Assembly (NCBI GenBank): GCA_013265495.1
Contig: MU057781.1
Span: 682,001-746,000, forward strand
Direction of reading: 5' to 3'
Source of the DNA: Vicugna vicugna
Lineage: Eukaryota
Length of the DNA: 64,000 nucleotides
Within the stretch, counting starts at the first letter, position 1; every line of letters begins with the position of its first letter. Of the stretch, positions 9,755-54,600 are shown in pieces. The translations under genes and the position numbers were made by a program. The notes under the pieces were generated by a model, which ran no database searches, was not told where the DNA came from, and saw only the letters and a program-made list of their open reading frames with translations.

Positions 9755-11819
9755 GGCATCTGGGCTGGAAGCCGCTGGCGTGTGGAGAGCCCTGACTTCT
9801 CTGCCCCTACGCCGTCCCCCGGGGGTTCAAGCATGGGACCCTGGGGAACACCCTGCAGCCCCCAGACCTGTCTTCGTGCGCCTTCGAAGCTGGACTTGCA
9901 ACCACAGGCAGGGCTGTGCTTGGCCTCCGGGCTGGGGCCGGGGCAGGGCTGGGTCTGAGCTGTGGGGAAGGGCCTTGCCTCTCAGCGAAGGGGGCCCAGG
10001 CCTGCAGGTCAGAGACAGCCAGACATTCAGAGGGAGCGGACCGGCAGGGAGGCCCCCCACCCACATTCTGACCCAGCAGGCCAGGGGCAGCACAGGGCCT
10101 GGGGCGCTCCCACAGCCAGCGGGTGGCAGCGGAGGAGGTGGGGCCTGGGTCCTGCCCCCTTAAGGCAGAGTGGCCCAAGTTCTGATCCAGACCCCTGGAC
10201 TGTGCTGCCCCAGAATCTTCCAGAAGATGGAGCTGCTGGCCTCAGCCCCATTCTCAAACGTGTGCCTGTTCTGTGCCCCAGGTGTGGGGCACTCCCAGGG
10301 TGCAGTCTTCGCCCCAAGAGCATGGGGAAGGGTCGAGGTCAGCACCCCCACCAGGCGTCCATTCCCAGTGGTGACGGGGGGCGGTCCAAGCCGTGTCCTC
10401 TGGGGGAGCACAGACAGCCCTGCCTTTGCATCCAGGCCTCTCACGTGCTACGCTGGACCAGGGCAGCCCCCTGGAGAAGGTCTGTCCTGGGGCTCTGCCG
10501 CGTTCCTGGGGGCTCCCTCTGGCTCAGATTGCTGGTCAGTGTCACCTCAGAGCCAGCTTCCTGGGGCTCCACTGAGGCCACTGCCCACTGTGCCCGCGTG
10601 CACCCCACTGGAAGACAGGACGGCTGGGAGCCACACCCACATCCCTGCCACTGACTCGGGGACAGCCATGCTGTCCCCAGGATCTCAAAAACGCACACTG
10701 GGATGTACACGTTTACACAGAGCCCCACGCCTCCCCCCACCCAGTTCCTGCCTCTGACGTCACCAGAGGCCCAGAACTTTCTCTGGGGGTCAGTGCACCC
10801 GCGGTGCCGTGCAGCCCTGGCTTCCCTGGTGCACCTGGGCCCTGTGTCCCCCGAGTGGGCTTGCAGGGCGTGCTTCCGACTTTAACTCCCTGCGCCCAGG
10901 TGGGGGGCAGTGGACGTTCAGCTCTGCCAGCTCCTCCTCCCTCAGCACAACCCAGGCGTTTTACCAACACCTTGGCCCTGCCACCGCCACCGCAGGTCCT
11001 GCCCCAGGTTCCCCGCCCAGCTCTGCCTCCCCCTTAACCCTTCAGTGGCCTTAGGGCTTCGGGGGCAGGAGACAGGCAACCCCGCCAAGGCCAACAACCA
11101 GGCTCCAAGGCCCTGCCCTGGAAGGAGCCGCCCCGGCGCCCGGACAGACGTCCTCTGCGAAGCCGCAGGCACAGAGCGTGCAAGCCCCCGACACCAAGCG
11201 GCCCTCGTGTGGGGACCCTCAGAGGCGGGAAGTGTACAGAGCGCGGCAGAAATCACCAGAGCAGTCTGGGTCTCTAGAAAACATTCTTCACACCCACGAC
11301 CCTCCCCACTTCGAAGTACAAGAAGCCGGCGGACCCTGGGCCGCCCCACGGCTCCGGGCAGCAGGCTCATGACGGCAGGCAGCTGACAGCGGGGACGCGG
11401 GCCATGGACAGCTGACAGGTGGCTGGAGACCAGAGCGCCTGTCCCACCACGCGGCCCACGCAGCGGCCACCAGGAGAGTCCAGGCAGGCAGCCACATGCC
11501 CCCTCCACCGTGACAGGTGACTGGAGCGGCCTGTGGCGCCCACCCTCCTTGCCCACCGCTCTCAGCCGCACCAACAGCCTCTTGTCACCATGTGCCACTG
11601 AGAGCCGGGGCAGGCTCAGCGGTCAGACTGCGCCCGTGAAAATATGGCCAGGGAGCAGCGGAAGCCCCTGGCCTGGGCCTGTGTTTGGATGCACCAGGCT
11701 CCTCGGCTGGGAAAGTCCACGCTGGGCCTTGCCCACTGCCCGCCGCCTGCCGTCCAGTCCCTCTGGAGGCCTTGAGTCTCCAACGTGACCTGAGTTACCT
11801 CCACGGGCTGGGGGGCTGC

Positions 11820-44736
<32,917 letters not shown>

Positions 44737-44822
44737 CTGCAGAGAAAACAGAGGGATGCCAGGTGAGGTGGTAGAAAGGCCCTGTGCCTGCCACAGCCCC
44801 CTGGCTGGAGCAGCCCCCGAGT

Positions 44823-44972
44823 GCCCCCACGCTGCAGGGGCCGCCCAATGCTGCAGGGAGCCCCCACACTGCAGGGAGCCCCCCACACTACAGGCGCCCT
44901 GCATGCTGCAGGGAGCCTCCAATACTATAAGGAGCCCCCCAACACTATGCAGAGCCCCCAGTGCTGCAGCCC
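44823..44972. repeat. 18-20-bp minisatellite (~8 units) just upstream of the STK32C exon 2 acceptor
   Basis: Units like cccccacactgcagggag, cgcccaatgctgcagggag, cctccaatactataaggag. Confidence 0.85.
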
Positions 44973-45674
44973 TCTGCAGCCCACCTCACCCTGGAGGAGG
45001 GCCGGCCGTGGTGCTGCTGCAGGCTGAGCTCCAGCCCGGGTACCAGAGGGGCCTGAGCCAAGGCAGGGGTGGGCCCCGCGCTCACGGCGGGGTGAGGCCA
45101 GGCCGCGCAGCCCACAGGCAGGACAATGGAAGCAGAAGGGACCGGAGCAGCTCAGCTCAGCCCCAGACACCCAGCAGCCCTCAGTGAAAGTGGCCACAAC
45201 CCAGGAAGACCCGCAGATCAGCGGCCCAGAGCCTCCGAAGCAGCCACCCGTCCTGCAGAGTCTGGGGCCTGTGCCCGGGGGAGTCTCTGGACCGACTTGA
45301 GAGGAGCCCGCAACGGCCCAGGACTAACAATGGGGGAGGTCCGCAGCCCGAGGGAGCCCTCGAGGCCTTGTTTCTATCAACTTTCTCCACAGAATCAGAC
45401 AGCGAGCGCCCCCCACGCTCCCCCGAGGAAAGAGACGCTGAAAATGGCAGCTTCTCTAATCACTAACCCCTGACAGCCCGGCAGCAGGAGCCCCCCGCGG
45501 AGGGCAGAGCGGTGTGGACGGCTTTCCAGGGCTCCGCCTACTCTCAAACCAACGCTTTCTCCTTACACGAGACAGGGGTTCACTACGTCCACGTGGGCTT
45601 CTCCCCCACACACGGCTCAGCGCCCCAGGTGGGGAGCCTGTCTCTGCCCGGGGCCCGGGCCAGTCTGGCCCAAG

Positions 45675-45880
45675 CCCCCCAGGTCTATGTGCCTCCAGGT
45701 CTGTTCCCCCAGGTCTGTGCCTCCCAAGTTTATGTGCCCCCCAGGTTCATGTGCCCCCCAAGTCTCTACTCCCAGGTCTGTACCCCCAGGTCTATGCGCC
45801 CCCCAGGTCTATGCCCCCCAGGTCTATGTGCCCTACAGGTCTATGCCCCCCAGGTCTGTGTGCCTCCAGGCCTGTGACCC
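45675..45880. repeat. 14-17-bp minisatellite (~13 units), STK32C intron 1
   Basis: Repeating ccaggtct(a/g)tg(t/c)gccc core. Confidence 0.9.
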
Positions 45881-48800
45881 TATCTCAGGGATGGAGCATG
45901 AGACACCCAGAGGTGACAAATGTGCCCAGACTGGCGTGGCAGGAAGACACTGCCCGGTGTGGGCGGAGGATGGGCCGTGTGCTGGCGACTCTGCGGGGTC
46001 CTTCTAAATCAGGTACTTTTCTACCTGCGCTAGTAGAGGTGGGCTGACCAGGTAACCGAGCACAAGCTTCCATAACCAGAAAGGTGGATGGTGGCCCCAG
46101 TACTTCTAGGGACAGTGTCCCTGGGAGCGGGCCAGCTTGGGGCAGGCCCCCTTCACAGGCACTGGTGTGACTTTGGGGTCAGAGGAGGCCCTTGGTGGCG
46201 GCGGGGAAAGGTGAGGCATCGGGGACACAGGGCTGGGGCTGCAGTGTGGGCTGGAGAGACGGGCTCTGCTGGGTGGCTCAGGGCCTGGGGATACCCGCCT
46301 GTCTGCTCAGTCTCCTCCCGGGTCTGGCCCGTTGCTGCCTGGAGGCCCAGGGCTCCTTCCTCTCTCGGGTTCAGCGTAGCCCCGGCCACTCCCACACGTT
46401 GCCGAGGACGAGGGCTGAGCTCGCCCCACCCCAAGAGTGGCCCCTGTGGGCCTACAGAGGGCGTCCTGCTGTGCATGGCCGGCTCAGTGCCTCAGTGCCA
46501 AACGTCCAGTCTAGCAGGCCCAGCGGGAGAAGTCAGCGCCTCCTGTCCCAGAGACAGCTTGCTGTGCTGCCCCTGCCCCACGGCTCCAGCGGCCAGCACA
46601 ATGTGCAGCCCCAACATGGGCACCGAGGCCATGAGTTAGCCAGACATTTAGCAAGAAAATCACCATGTTCTAGAGAAAAGCACAGATTTCAGACTTTAGT
46701 CTTTCCAGGAGAGGAAAGGTGGCAATGACACCGCATTAAGTAAGAGGTCAGAAACACAAGGCGCCCACGTCCCTCCCCGTGGAGGGAGCTCCTCACGCAG
46801 CGCTGACTGGACGGGGCCGAGGGAGCGACGCTGCAGGCCTGCGGGCTCCGGCCAGGGCAGCAGGAGAAGGGAGCCATGCGGAGAGCCCGGGCCTGGCCGC
46901 CCTTGTGGGCTCCCTGGCCTGCGGTCCACGCTGGGCAGCTCACAGAGCCGGGCCTGTGGTTTTGAGCACAACCCTCCCCACTTCCTGAGACACCAGCAGG
47001 GGCGGCCGCAAGATGGGACCCAGACAGCAGAGGGCGCACCGGCGGTCAGGGACACCGCCTGGCGAAGACGCAGAGGGCACGGGGACCCCAGGTGTGGCTG
47101 CAGCATCTCGAGAGCAGTGGGGTGAGCCGCCAGGCCAGGGCTGGGCAGGTGGACATGGCTCCAGACCTGGAGAAGCCACCACGGGCGAGAACCACCCCCC
47201 GAGGGCAGTGGCCCCGGCCACGTGCCCCTGCTCAGAGTCCTGGCCAGCCCCAGTCCCCAGGAGAGCCTCAAGTCCACCCAGATAACTCTGCCCTCCGGCA
47301 ACTGGGGGCTCCTCGAGGGACCCAGGGCCACTGCCCAACCAGAACACCCAGGCCCAGTCTACCCCGCCCACCCGCTGGGGCTGGAAGCACACGGCTGTGC
47401 CAGAGACCCGTATACACCTTCCCCTGCGTTCTGTGCCCCCAGGATTACAAAGCGCAGAGAAGGAGCAGGTCAATCGGCCCGAGCAGCCCCGAGCGTCACG
47501 GCTCCGCCAGGAGCCTAAGTCCTGCACAAAGGAAACACGTCTGCACCGGGCCCCCGCCGCACAGCCACACGGGCACGGCCACAGACTCCTCCTGGTGGGT
47601 GTGGATAAATATTTTTTAAAAAGGGCTTTAAGACTATGCTTCCTGAAGGCCTTTATTTTGCAGAGCTGACCATGAGAAGCTAGGAGAACAGGTCATCTTA
47701 ATTCCACCGCCGGACCATGACGGGAGGGAGGCTTAATTCTATTCCCCAGGGTCATGGCGCCAGTGCCAACCCCCTGCACTACCCACAGCCTCAGGGGAGC
47801 CCGCCCAGGCCCCCTCTGCAGACGCGGGCTCGGCTCAGGGTCAGTGGCCTGAGCCCGCTGGTCACGGGCCGGTTTCCTCGACCAGCTCAGCACTAAGCCC
47901 AAAGCCCAGGCGGAGCTCTGCCCCCTCCAAGGAGGCTGCAGCCATGACCCCAGAGGGCTTCTCACCCACACTCAGGGCCTCCCCTAAGCCGACCACCCAG
48001 GGAAAAAGCCAGTGGCACAGGCAGCTCTCTGACGGCCTTGTTTCCAGGGGGACTAACAAATGGTCCCTGCGTCCCGGTCCCTGTCTCTGCGCCGCCCGGA
48101 CACAGGGGCCCCGGCACCAGCACACCCGGCCTGCACGGGTGGCTGCACAAGATGGGACGGGCCACAGGCTCACGGGGAACGGGGGTGGAGGAGAAAGGGG
48201 CCGGTGTTCCCCACGCACCCGGGCGAAGGCAGGAGAGAAACCAAACGCTGGCTCTTGTGCTGTGTCCCCAAGATCCCAAGCGAAAAAGGCTGGGTAACAT
48301 TTGAGCGCTCTTCCCCCAAAATAGAATGATGGTCTGCCCTTCACGTGCCTGCCCAGCCTCCTTTCCGAGGCGAGGACCGGGACGCCCCCCACCCCGACCG
48401 TCGCCAGAGTCCAGCACCGGGCAGCGCCCCGCGGGAGGGGGGCCCGGCCCAGCAAGCTCCCGGGATCTCAAGGCAGAAGGCGGTCCTCTCGTCAGCCAGG
48501 GCTTCTCTCAAAACGGACAAAAATCTGCCCGACGAGAAAAGCAAGAGAGAAGATGGGCCCTGGGGAGTAAAAATAGACGGTCTGCAGTCATGAGTCACCG
48601 GTCTCGTGACCCATGAGGACGCGGGCGCCGCGGGCGCCGCGGGCCTGGAGGGGCAGCCGGGCTCCTGACGTCTCGGGGTCGGCGGGCGGAGAAGCCGTGT
48701 GGCCAGAGAGCAAGCCCCGGGCCAGACTGGACCCAGAGCCCAGGCCGGGCCTGCCTCGGCCAGCGTCCCCATCTCGGGAGAGCCCCGTTCCCAAAGCTGT

Positions 48801-50009
48801 TGTGATGAACAAACGTCACAAGTTGTGGGAATTCACTCAGAAGGTGCTTGAATTTCCTCATACATCCCGTGACCCAGAAAACTCTCCAGGAAAATCGTTC
48901 AGTCTGACCAAGGCCCCCCAGAGCGGGGCGGCCCCGCAGGCCAGCACAGGACCGGTCTGTGGACACGGACACCTGCATGCGGGGAGCAGCCAGCAGGCAG
49001 TCACCTCAGACGCAGCGGGGCCCTGACCGGGTGCCCCTGCTTGTCTGCAGGACCAAGACCCCACAGGCCAAGGGCCCCGCGGCCGTTATCGCCTTTAGTT
49101 CTCAGAACAGCTGGGTGATGAGGGCAGGTGTTCTGTCTGCAGGCGGGAAACAGCTGGGGAGGGTTCTGGGCACCCCCTCCCCCAAAGGGGCCTGCCCTTC
49201 CCTCCACCTGAGACACTCCCGCACCCACTCCCGCATTCACTCCCGCCTGGCCACCTGCACACCTTCATGTCCTTCTCTGGGAAGCCTTCACAGGCCCCTC
49301 TGAGAGCTCACCACCCACCAGGGCCCCCGAGCCCGTCCGTGGGGCGCCCAGAGCAGCCCTGTGCCTCCCACCACTGCAGCCCTTCCCAGCTGTCCTCTCT
49401 GAGAAACAGACACTGCCAGGATGTGGTAGCAGCCAAGAGACAGAGCTGGAGCCTCTGGGGACCCTGAGTCTGGAGCGATCTGGCCCCTGGTGCCTAGAGT
49501 ACACCCGGAGCCCTGGCTGCGACCAGAGACCAGAAGCCAGCAGGTGCCGCGCCGGCCCGCCCAGGCTGGACTCGGGGTGGGGCTGGGGGGCTCCGGGAGA
49601 CCTCCCCACAGCCACGTCCAGAAAAGCTTCCGCCCATAACTCACCCTTGGTGCTAGCACTGTTCATCCTGGCCCCTGGCCGGTCTAAAATAGTCTGGAAC
49701 CGTGTTCCAGTGCTTCACATCCACATCCCCAGACGGCACCGGAACTTCCATAAATTAGTGATTAAGGCAACAGCCAGATCAATAAAGCATCTCCGGCCGG
49801 CTGGGCCCAGCTCCTCCGGGCCTGCAGGGAGGTCGCCAGGACGGAACAGGGAGCAGGGCGTCGCTCCGAGGCAGCGGCCCCTGCCACCTGCCTGGGTTGG
49901 GGCAGGGGTGCCTCCCCCGGGCCACCCAGAGGGTCCTGCTGCCCAAGGCCCACAGCTGGCTGCCTCCCACCACCGGGGTGCTCAGCCCTGCCAGTACCAC
50001 CAGCAGGAC

Positions 50010-50320
50010 AGACCCCCACGCCATCTATGCCACAGCACGTGTCAAAATTCAGTTCCTTCTCAAGGATGAACAATATTCCACAGTACAGACAGACCACAGG
50101 TCGCGCATCGGTCCATCCACGGCTGACAGTGCATTGTGTTCACGTTTCAGCTGCTGTGAGCACGTGTGCCCGTATTTTCTCAGGACCCTGCATTCAGCTC
50201 CTTTGGATAAACACCCAGAAGCAGGTCTGCGGGATCAAATGACGGTTCAGTTTCTAAGGAACCATCACACCGCTCCTCCGCGCCCTCACCAGCACATGTG
50301 GTTTTCTGGGTTTATCTGAG
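50010..50320 (-). mobile_element. L1M 3' fragment (the one L1 relic in the opposite orientation)
   Basis: + strand reads ttccttctcaaggatgaacaatattcca, ccatccacggctga, ctttggataaacacccagaag and ttctaaggaaccatcacac, i.e. the reverse complement of an L1 3' end. Confidence 0.75.
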
Positions 50321-52879
50321 GCCGGCTCTGGGGGACCCGGGTGTCAGGGGGACCCGGGTGGCGGGGGGGGCCACTCACAGCCTGACTGGAAGGGGTGTGT
50401 GTGCACATTTGTGTGCGCACGTGTGTGCACGTTGACACACACATGCACGGGTGTGTGCGGAAACAGACAGCTGGCCCAGGCCTGGCAGCCCCTCACCCAC
50501 CTGAGGTCCAGGCCCCCAGAGACCCCCACACCCTGAGAGCCCAGAGAAGCCAGCAGTGGGGCCTGGGGCTGGGCCGCCTGTAGCTCTGCTTGGACCAGAT
50601 GCCGCTTTTACCCCCTTTTCCCCAAGCGGGGCCCAGACCGCGGGCTGGGAGACCATCCTTACCCAACGTGGGCACCTCCTCTGCAGCCTCCCCAGACGCC
50701 CCGGCCAGGCGGGAACACTGCCCCGCGCGTCCTGTCCTCTGCCGGGGGAGGGGGATGTGACTAACCGTGGGGACACACACACAGGACGGCAGGGCTCCCC
50801 CTGCAGTTTGCCCGCAGAACGCCCACTGCAGACCTCCGGGACGGGGCTGCGAAGCAGGTGGCGTCAGTGGGGGAGGGGGATCCCCCCGGCCTTACGGGAT
50901 CCATCAGCCTTCACGCGGTGACCGGTTAACTATTAAGCCTGCCCCACCGCAGTCTCGGCCGTTGCCATGGTTTCCTGTTTCTGGACAAGGGTAGAGCCCA
51001 GGTCACCGAGGCCCAGAGCCACACACGTCACATCACAAATGGCATTAAGTTTAATTCAGGAGAGAAAAATTACAGGCAGAGCTCGGCTCTCAGGAAAGAG
51101 AAGGTCACAAGGCTGGGGCTCCTGCGTCAGAGCTGCCCCCAGAGGGGTTTCACGGAGGGCAGGTCATCATGCTCCGCATCACTGATCTGGCCCCCAGCAG
51201 CTGATGGGACCTGGCCTGCTGAGCCGGACAGAGACACAGCAAAGGCCCACCGGAAAGGCCGGCCGGAAAGGCCGGCCGGGGCGGGGGTGACAACAGCTTC
51301 CGAACAGGCGGCCGGCTCAGTAGACAGATGTGTGTCAGCGAGATGGACCCCTCTCTGCTCACGGCCCAGCCAGCGCCCCTTGGCCTGGCCCCTCCCATGC
51401 ACCGCAGAACCAAGCCCCAGCCCCGCCGCACACGCACAGGCTCCCACACCACGACCCGCGGGGGCCGAGCCTTCCCAGAGCAAGAGGTCCCACTGGCTGT
51501 CTGTGAGCACAGGGCCCAGCACGAGGGCCAGCGCGGACCCCTCTCAGGAAGCTGGGCCCCCAGCTGGCTGGTGCTGGTCCCCAGCCCTCCCCTGAGGGAC
51601 GGTATCACTCCAGGCCCAGGTCCACTGAGGCTCAGGCTGACAGGCGCCATCAGGAGGAAGCTCTGCTCCTCACGCGGGCACCCAGCTGGGCAGTCTGCAC
51701 ACAGCTCTCCTGGCCAGGGTGGCCACAGGGCACCATTCATCCAGGGCCTTTTTAATCAGAGGACAGGACATGTGGGATCTGTCATCACGTGGGGAAGGAG
51801 GGCGGGGAATGGGAGAAACAAGGCCTGTTGAAGTGCTCTGCACACCACGGCAGCCCTCGTGGGCTCCCTGCGTGGCCAAGACCCAGAACCAGGATGCTCA
51901 GAGGACAGGCTGAGCCCCTTCCCCTTCCAGACCCCCAGCTGCAGGGCCTTCCCTCTAGACCCCACCAGGAGGCTCAGGCTGGGCCCCTGTCTCCTCTGCC
52001 TGTAGGGGTGGGTACAGCGGTCAGGCCGGCTTCCGCCCCTCAGGGGACTCGTGCCCACACCCTGAGCCACGGTCACTGCATCCCCTGGGAGCCAGCAGCC
52101 AGCCCAGCATCCCCGCGTCACTCCAAAAGCCCCGATGTGAGGCTAGCTGGCCCTGGACAACCCCCGGGGAAGTATTCCTGCCCCTCTCTGCCCTCCGCAG
52201 CCCGCACTGGCCCCACATCCGAGGCTGGAGCCGGGCTGCACCAAGTGGTTGCTGGCATTTCCTGCAGGTCCAGGCTTCGTCAAAAGGAAGTAGAAACAGG
52301 AGGGGCCCAGGGGAATCGCACACAAGCTCCCTGCCTGGGCCCCCAGCTTGTCCGATCCACACGGAGGTACAGGTCGGTCCACACCATGCCTGCAGCACCC
52401 GGAGCCTCTGACACGGGAAAAAGGAAGTAGGTCCAGGGTCCCGGTGCCCAGTTCTGTTCCAGCAAATCAACCCCACGCAGGTGCACCCGACGCCCCCACC
52501 CCGAGGATGGAACACAGCGAGGCCCAGGAACACCCACCGTTTGGGCGTGCATTTGTGGGAAAGGCTTTTAAAACTTAAGGGAATCGTGGCCCCCAGACCC
52601 GGCTGGTGGCTGCCTGGAGCAGAGCACAGCGGCGGGGTCGCTGGTCAAGTCCCAGCTCAGGCTGCACGGGCCCACGCCGAGATGAGACCATGAACAGAGG
52701 GAGACATCACGGGCACACAGGGCCGAGGTGGTGCCGGACTCAGAGCCGGGTGCGGCCGCAGACGTGGGCGTGGGGCCAGAGGAAGCAGGCGGGGTGAGGG
52801 AGGGAGGAGAGGGAGCAGGTACCCGGTTCGGGGACCTGGAGGTGCTCCTGTGACACTTGGACCCGAGGAGGTGACGTGA

Positions 52880-53245
52880 ACTAGCCCGGAAGTGGAAAGG
52901 ACTCCAGTGCCCATCAGCTCAGGATGGAGGCACGCGAGGTGGTCTGTCCACACCCGGGATATCACTCAGCCATCAAAGGGGTGCAGCGCCAACCCTCGTC
53001 GGGGGGTGGATGGACCTGGAGGGCGTCACACTGAGCGAGAGCGGCAGAACACTGACAGCGCGGTGCTCAGGTCACGTGCTGGGCCGTCCAGCTCAGGAAG
53101 CAGACGGCGGCTGCCCGGGAGGGCGTGGCTGCTGCCCGTGTGGGATCCTCCGGGGCAATGACGATGCCTTGGAACCAGACACCACACTGGAATGCACTTT
53201 AAAGTGGCGAATTTTACGTGAATTTCACCTCGATAAAAAAAAATT
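52880..53245 (+). mobile_element. L1MB/MC 3' end
   Basis: atatcactcagccatcaaagg...gatggacctggag...gaatgcactttaaagtggcgaattttacgtgaatttcacctcgataaaaaaaaa. Confidence 0.75.
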
Positions 53246-53719
53246 CATTTTATTTAACAAGTGACTCCTGAGCGAATCAGGTCTGTGCGGGACACACGCG
53301 GGTTTCCTACTCGAGGTGATCGCGCGGGGTGGAGGCGCGGGCAGTACAGTCACTAACCTTGTTCCTTCTGGAAGGAAGAGGTAAGACTCACGTGTGCAGC
53401 CAAGGCAGCTTTGCTCTGACATTTACTGATGCTAAATTCACAAAAACCCCAGCCTCATCCATCAAATCTCTATTTTATTTATATTCAGCCTAGTTTCAAA
53501 AAAGGACTGGAGGCAGCGACCCATTTCCTGGACCCGTCTCTGCAGCAGAGCAGCGGGTTCTGTCTGGAAAGATGGGGGGGTGTGTGGAGGGGGCCAACAG
53601 GACAGCCGACCTCCCCCTCAAAGGAGCCCGGCCCACGGAGCTGGCCCCCAGCCCTGCCTCCCACCGCGGCCCCAGCTCTCCGCGGCCCCCACACCCGGTC
53701 ACACCTGCCAGGCCCGCTT

Positions 53720-54600
53720 TGCTTCATCAAGATGTAAAACGTGTGCTCTCTAAAAGTCACTATTAAGGACATGAAAAATAAACCTGGGTTTGTAACCAGA
53801 TTATGTAAGTAATCAAATGACAGAACACCCAGTTTAAAAACAGGCAGAGACATCGACAGACCGTTTACAGAGGAGGACGTACGCCAAGGCCAAGGGGCAC
53901 CGGAAACCACGTGGGACGTCCTCAGACACCAGGCGAGGCACCACGGCCCCCACCTGGTGGCCGGTGGGGGGCGGACAGCACCGTGCCCGCCAGACGGGGA
54001 ACAGTCCACCCAACACGTGTTGGTGGGAACAGAACACGTCGCTTTGGAAAACTCGTTGGCAGCCTCTTACAAAGACACACACAGCCCGACGGTGCCACCA
54101 GGCAGTCAGTCCCTAGACACTCACCCCAGAGAAACCAAACAGACGTCTACACAGGAATGTTCTTTGCAACCTTGTTCCTAATAGCCACATCCTGCAACCA
54201 ACCCAAACGTCCACCTGCAGGAGAGTGGACGAAGAGGCTGAGCTGTGCCCGTACAGAACAGGGCTCGGCGATTTTCTTCTAAGAAAGAACAAACTACTGA
54301 TACGTAACAAGGCGGATGGGTCCCCAAAACACTGCACTGAAGCCAGGTTGAAAGGCGCACACAGTGTGACTCTGACTGCGGACGCTCGGGCAGGCACGAC
54401 TAGTCCCTAGTGGCAGGAACAGCGTCAGGGCTCACCTCCGGGCGCGGGGAGGGGCCGCCTGCAACAGCGGGGGGCCCCCAGGCGGGTGGAGATGTTCCGT
54501 ACCTGGGCGGGGTCTTGGCTACACGGGTGGACGCGTTTGTCAAAACTCATCAGCGATACGCACTTCAGCACAATTTTCACTCAGTGAAAATACACAGAAC
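53720..54600 (+). mobile_element. L1MC/MD-type 3' fragment
   Basis: cgctttggaaaactcgttggcag, caccccagagaaaccaaa, taatagccacatcctgcaaccaacccaaacgtccacc and tttgtcaaaactcatc. Confidence 0.8.

Noticed and set aside
44823-45880. Repeat arrays as possible CRISPR arrays
   Set aside because: Head-to-tail degenerate minisatellites without unique spacers, in a mammalian intron, with no cas genes.
47024-47037. CTCF-like ACAGCAGAGGGCGC
   Set aside because: One mismatch in the core, and similar near-matches are frequent in ~70% GC DNA; it cannot be supported without ChIP data.
47652-47657. Intronic minus-strand AATAAA / + strand acceptor-like ttttgcag
   Set aside because: An isolated hexamer with no convincing downstream element or partner donor.
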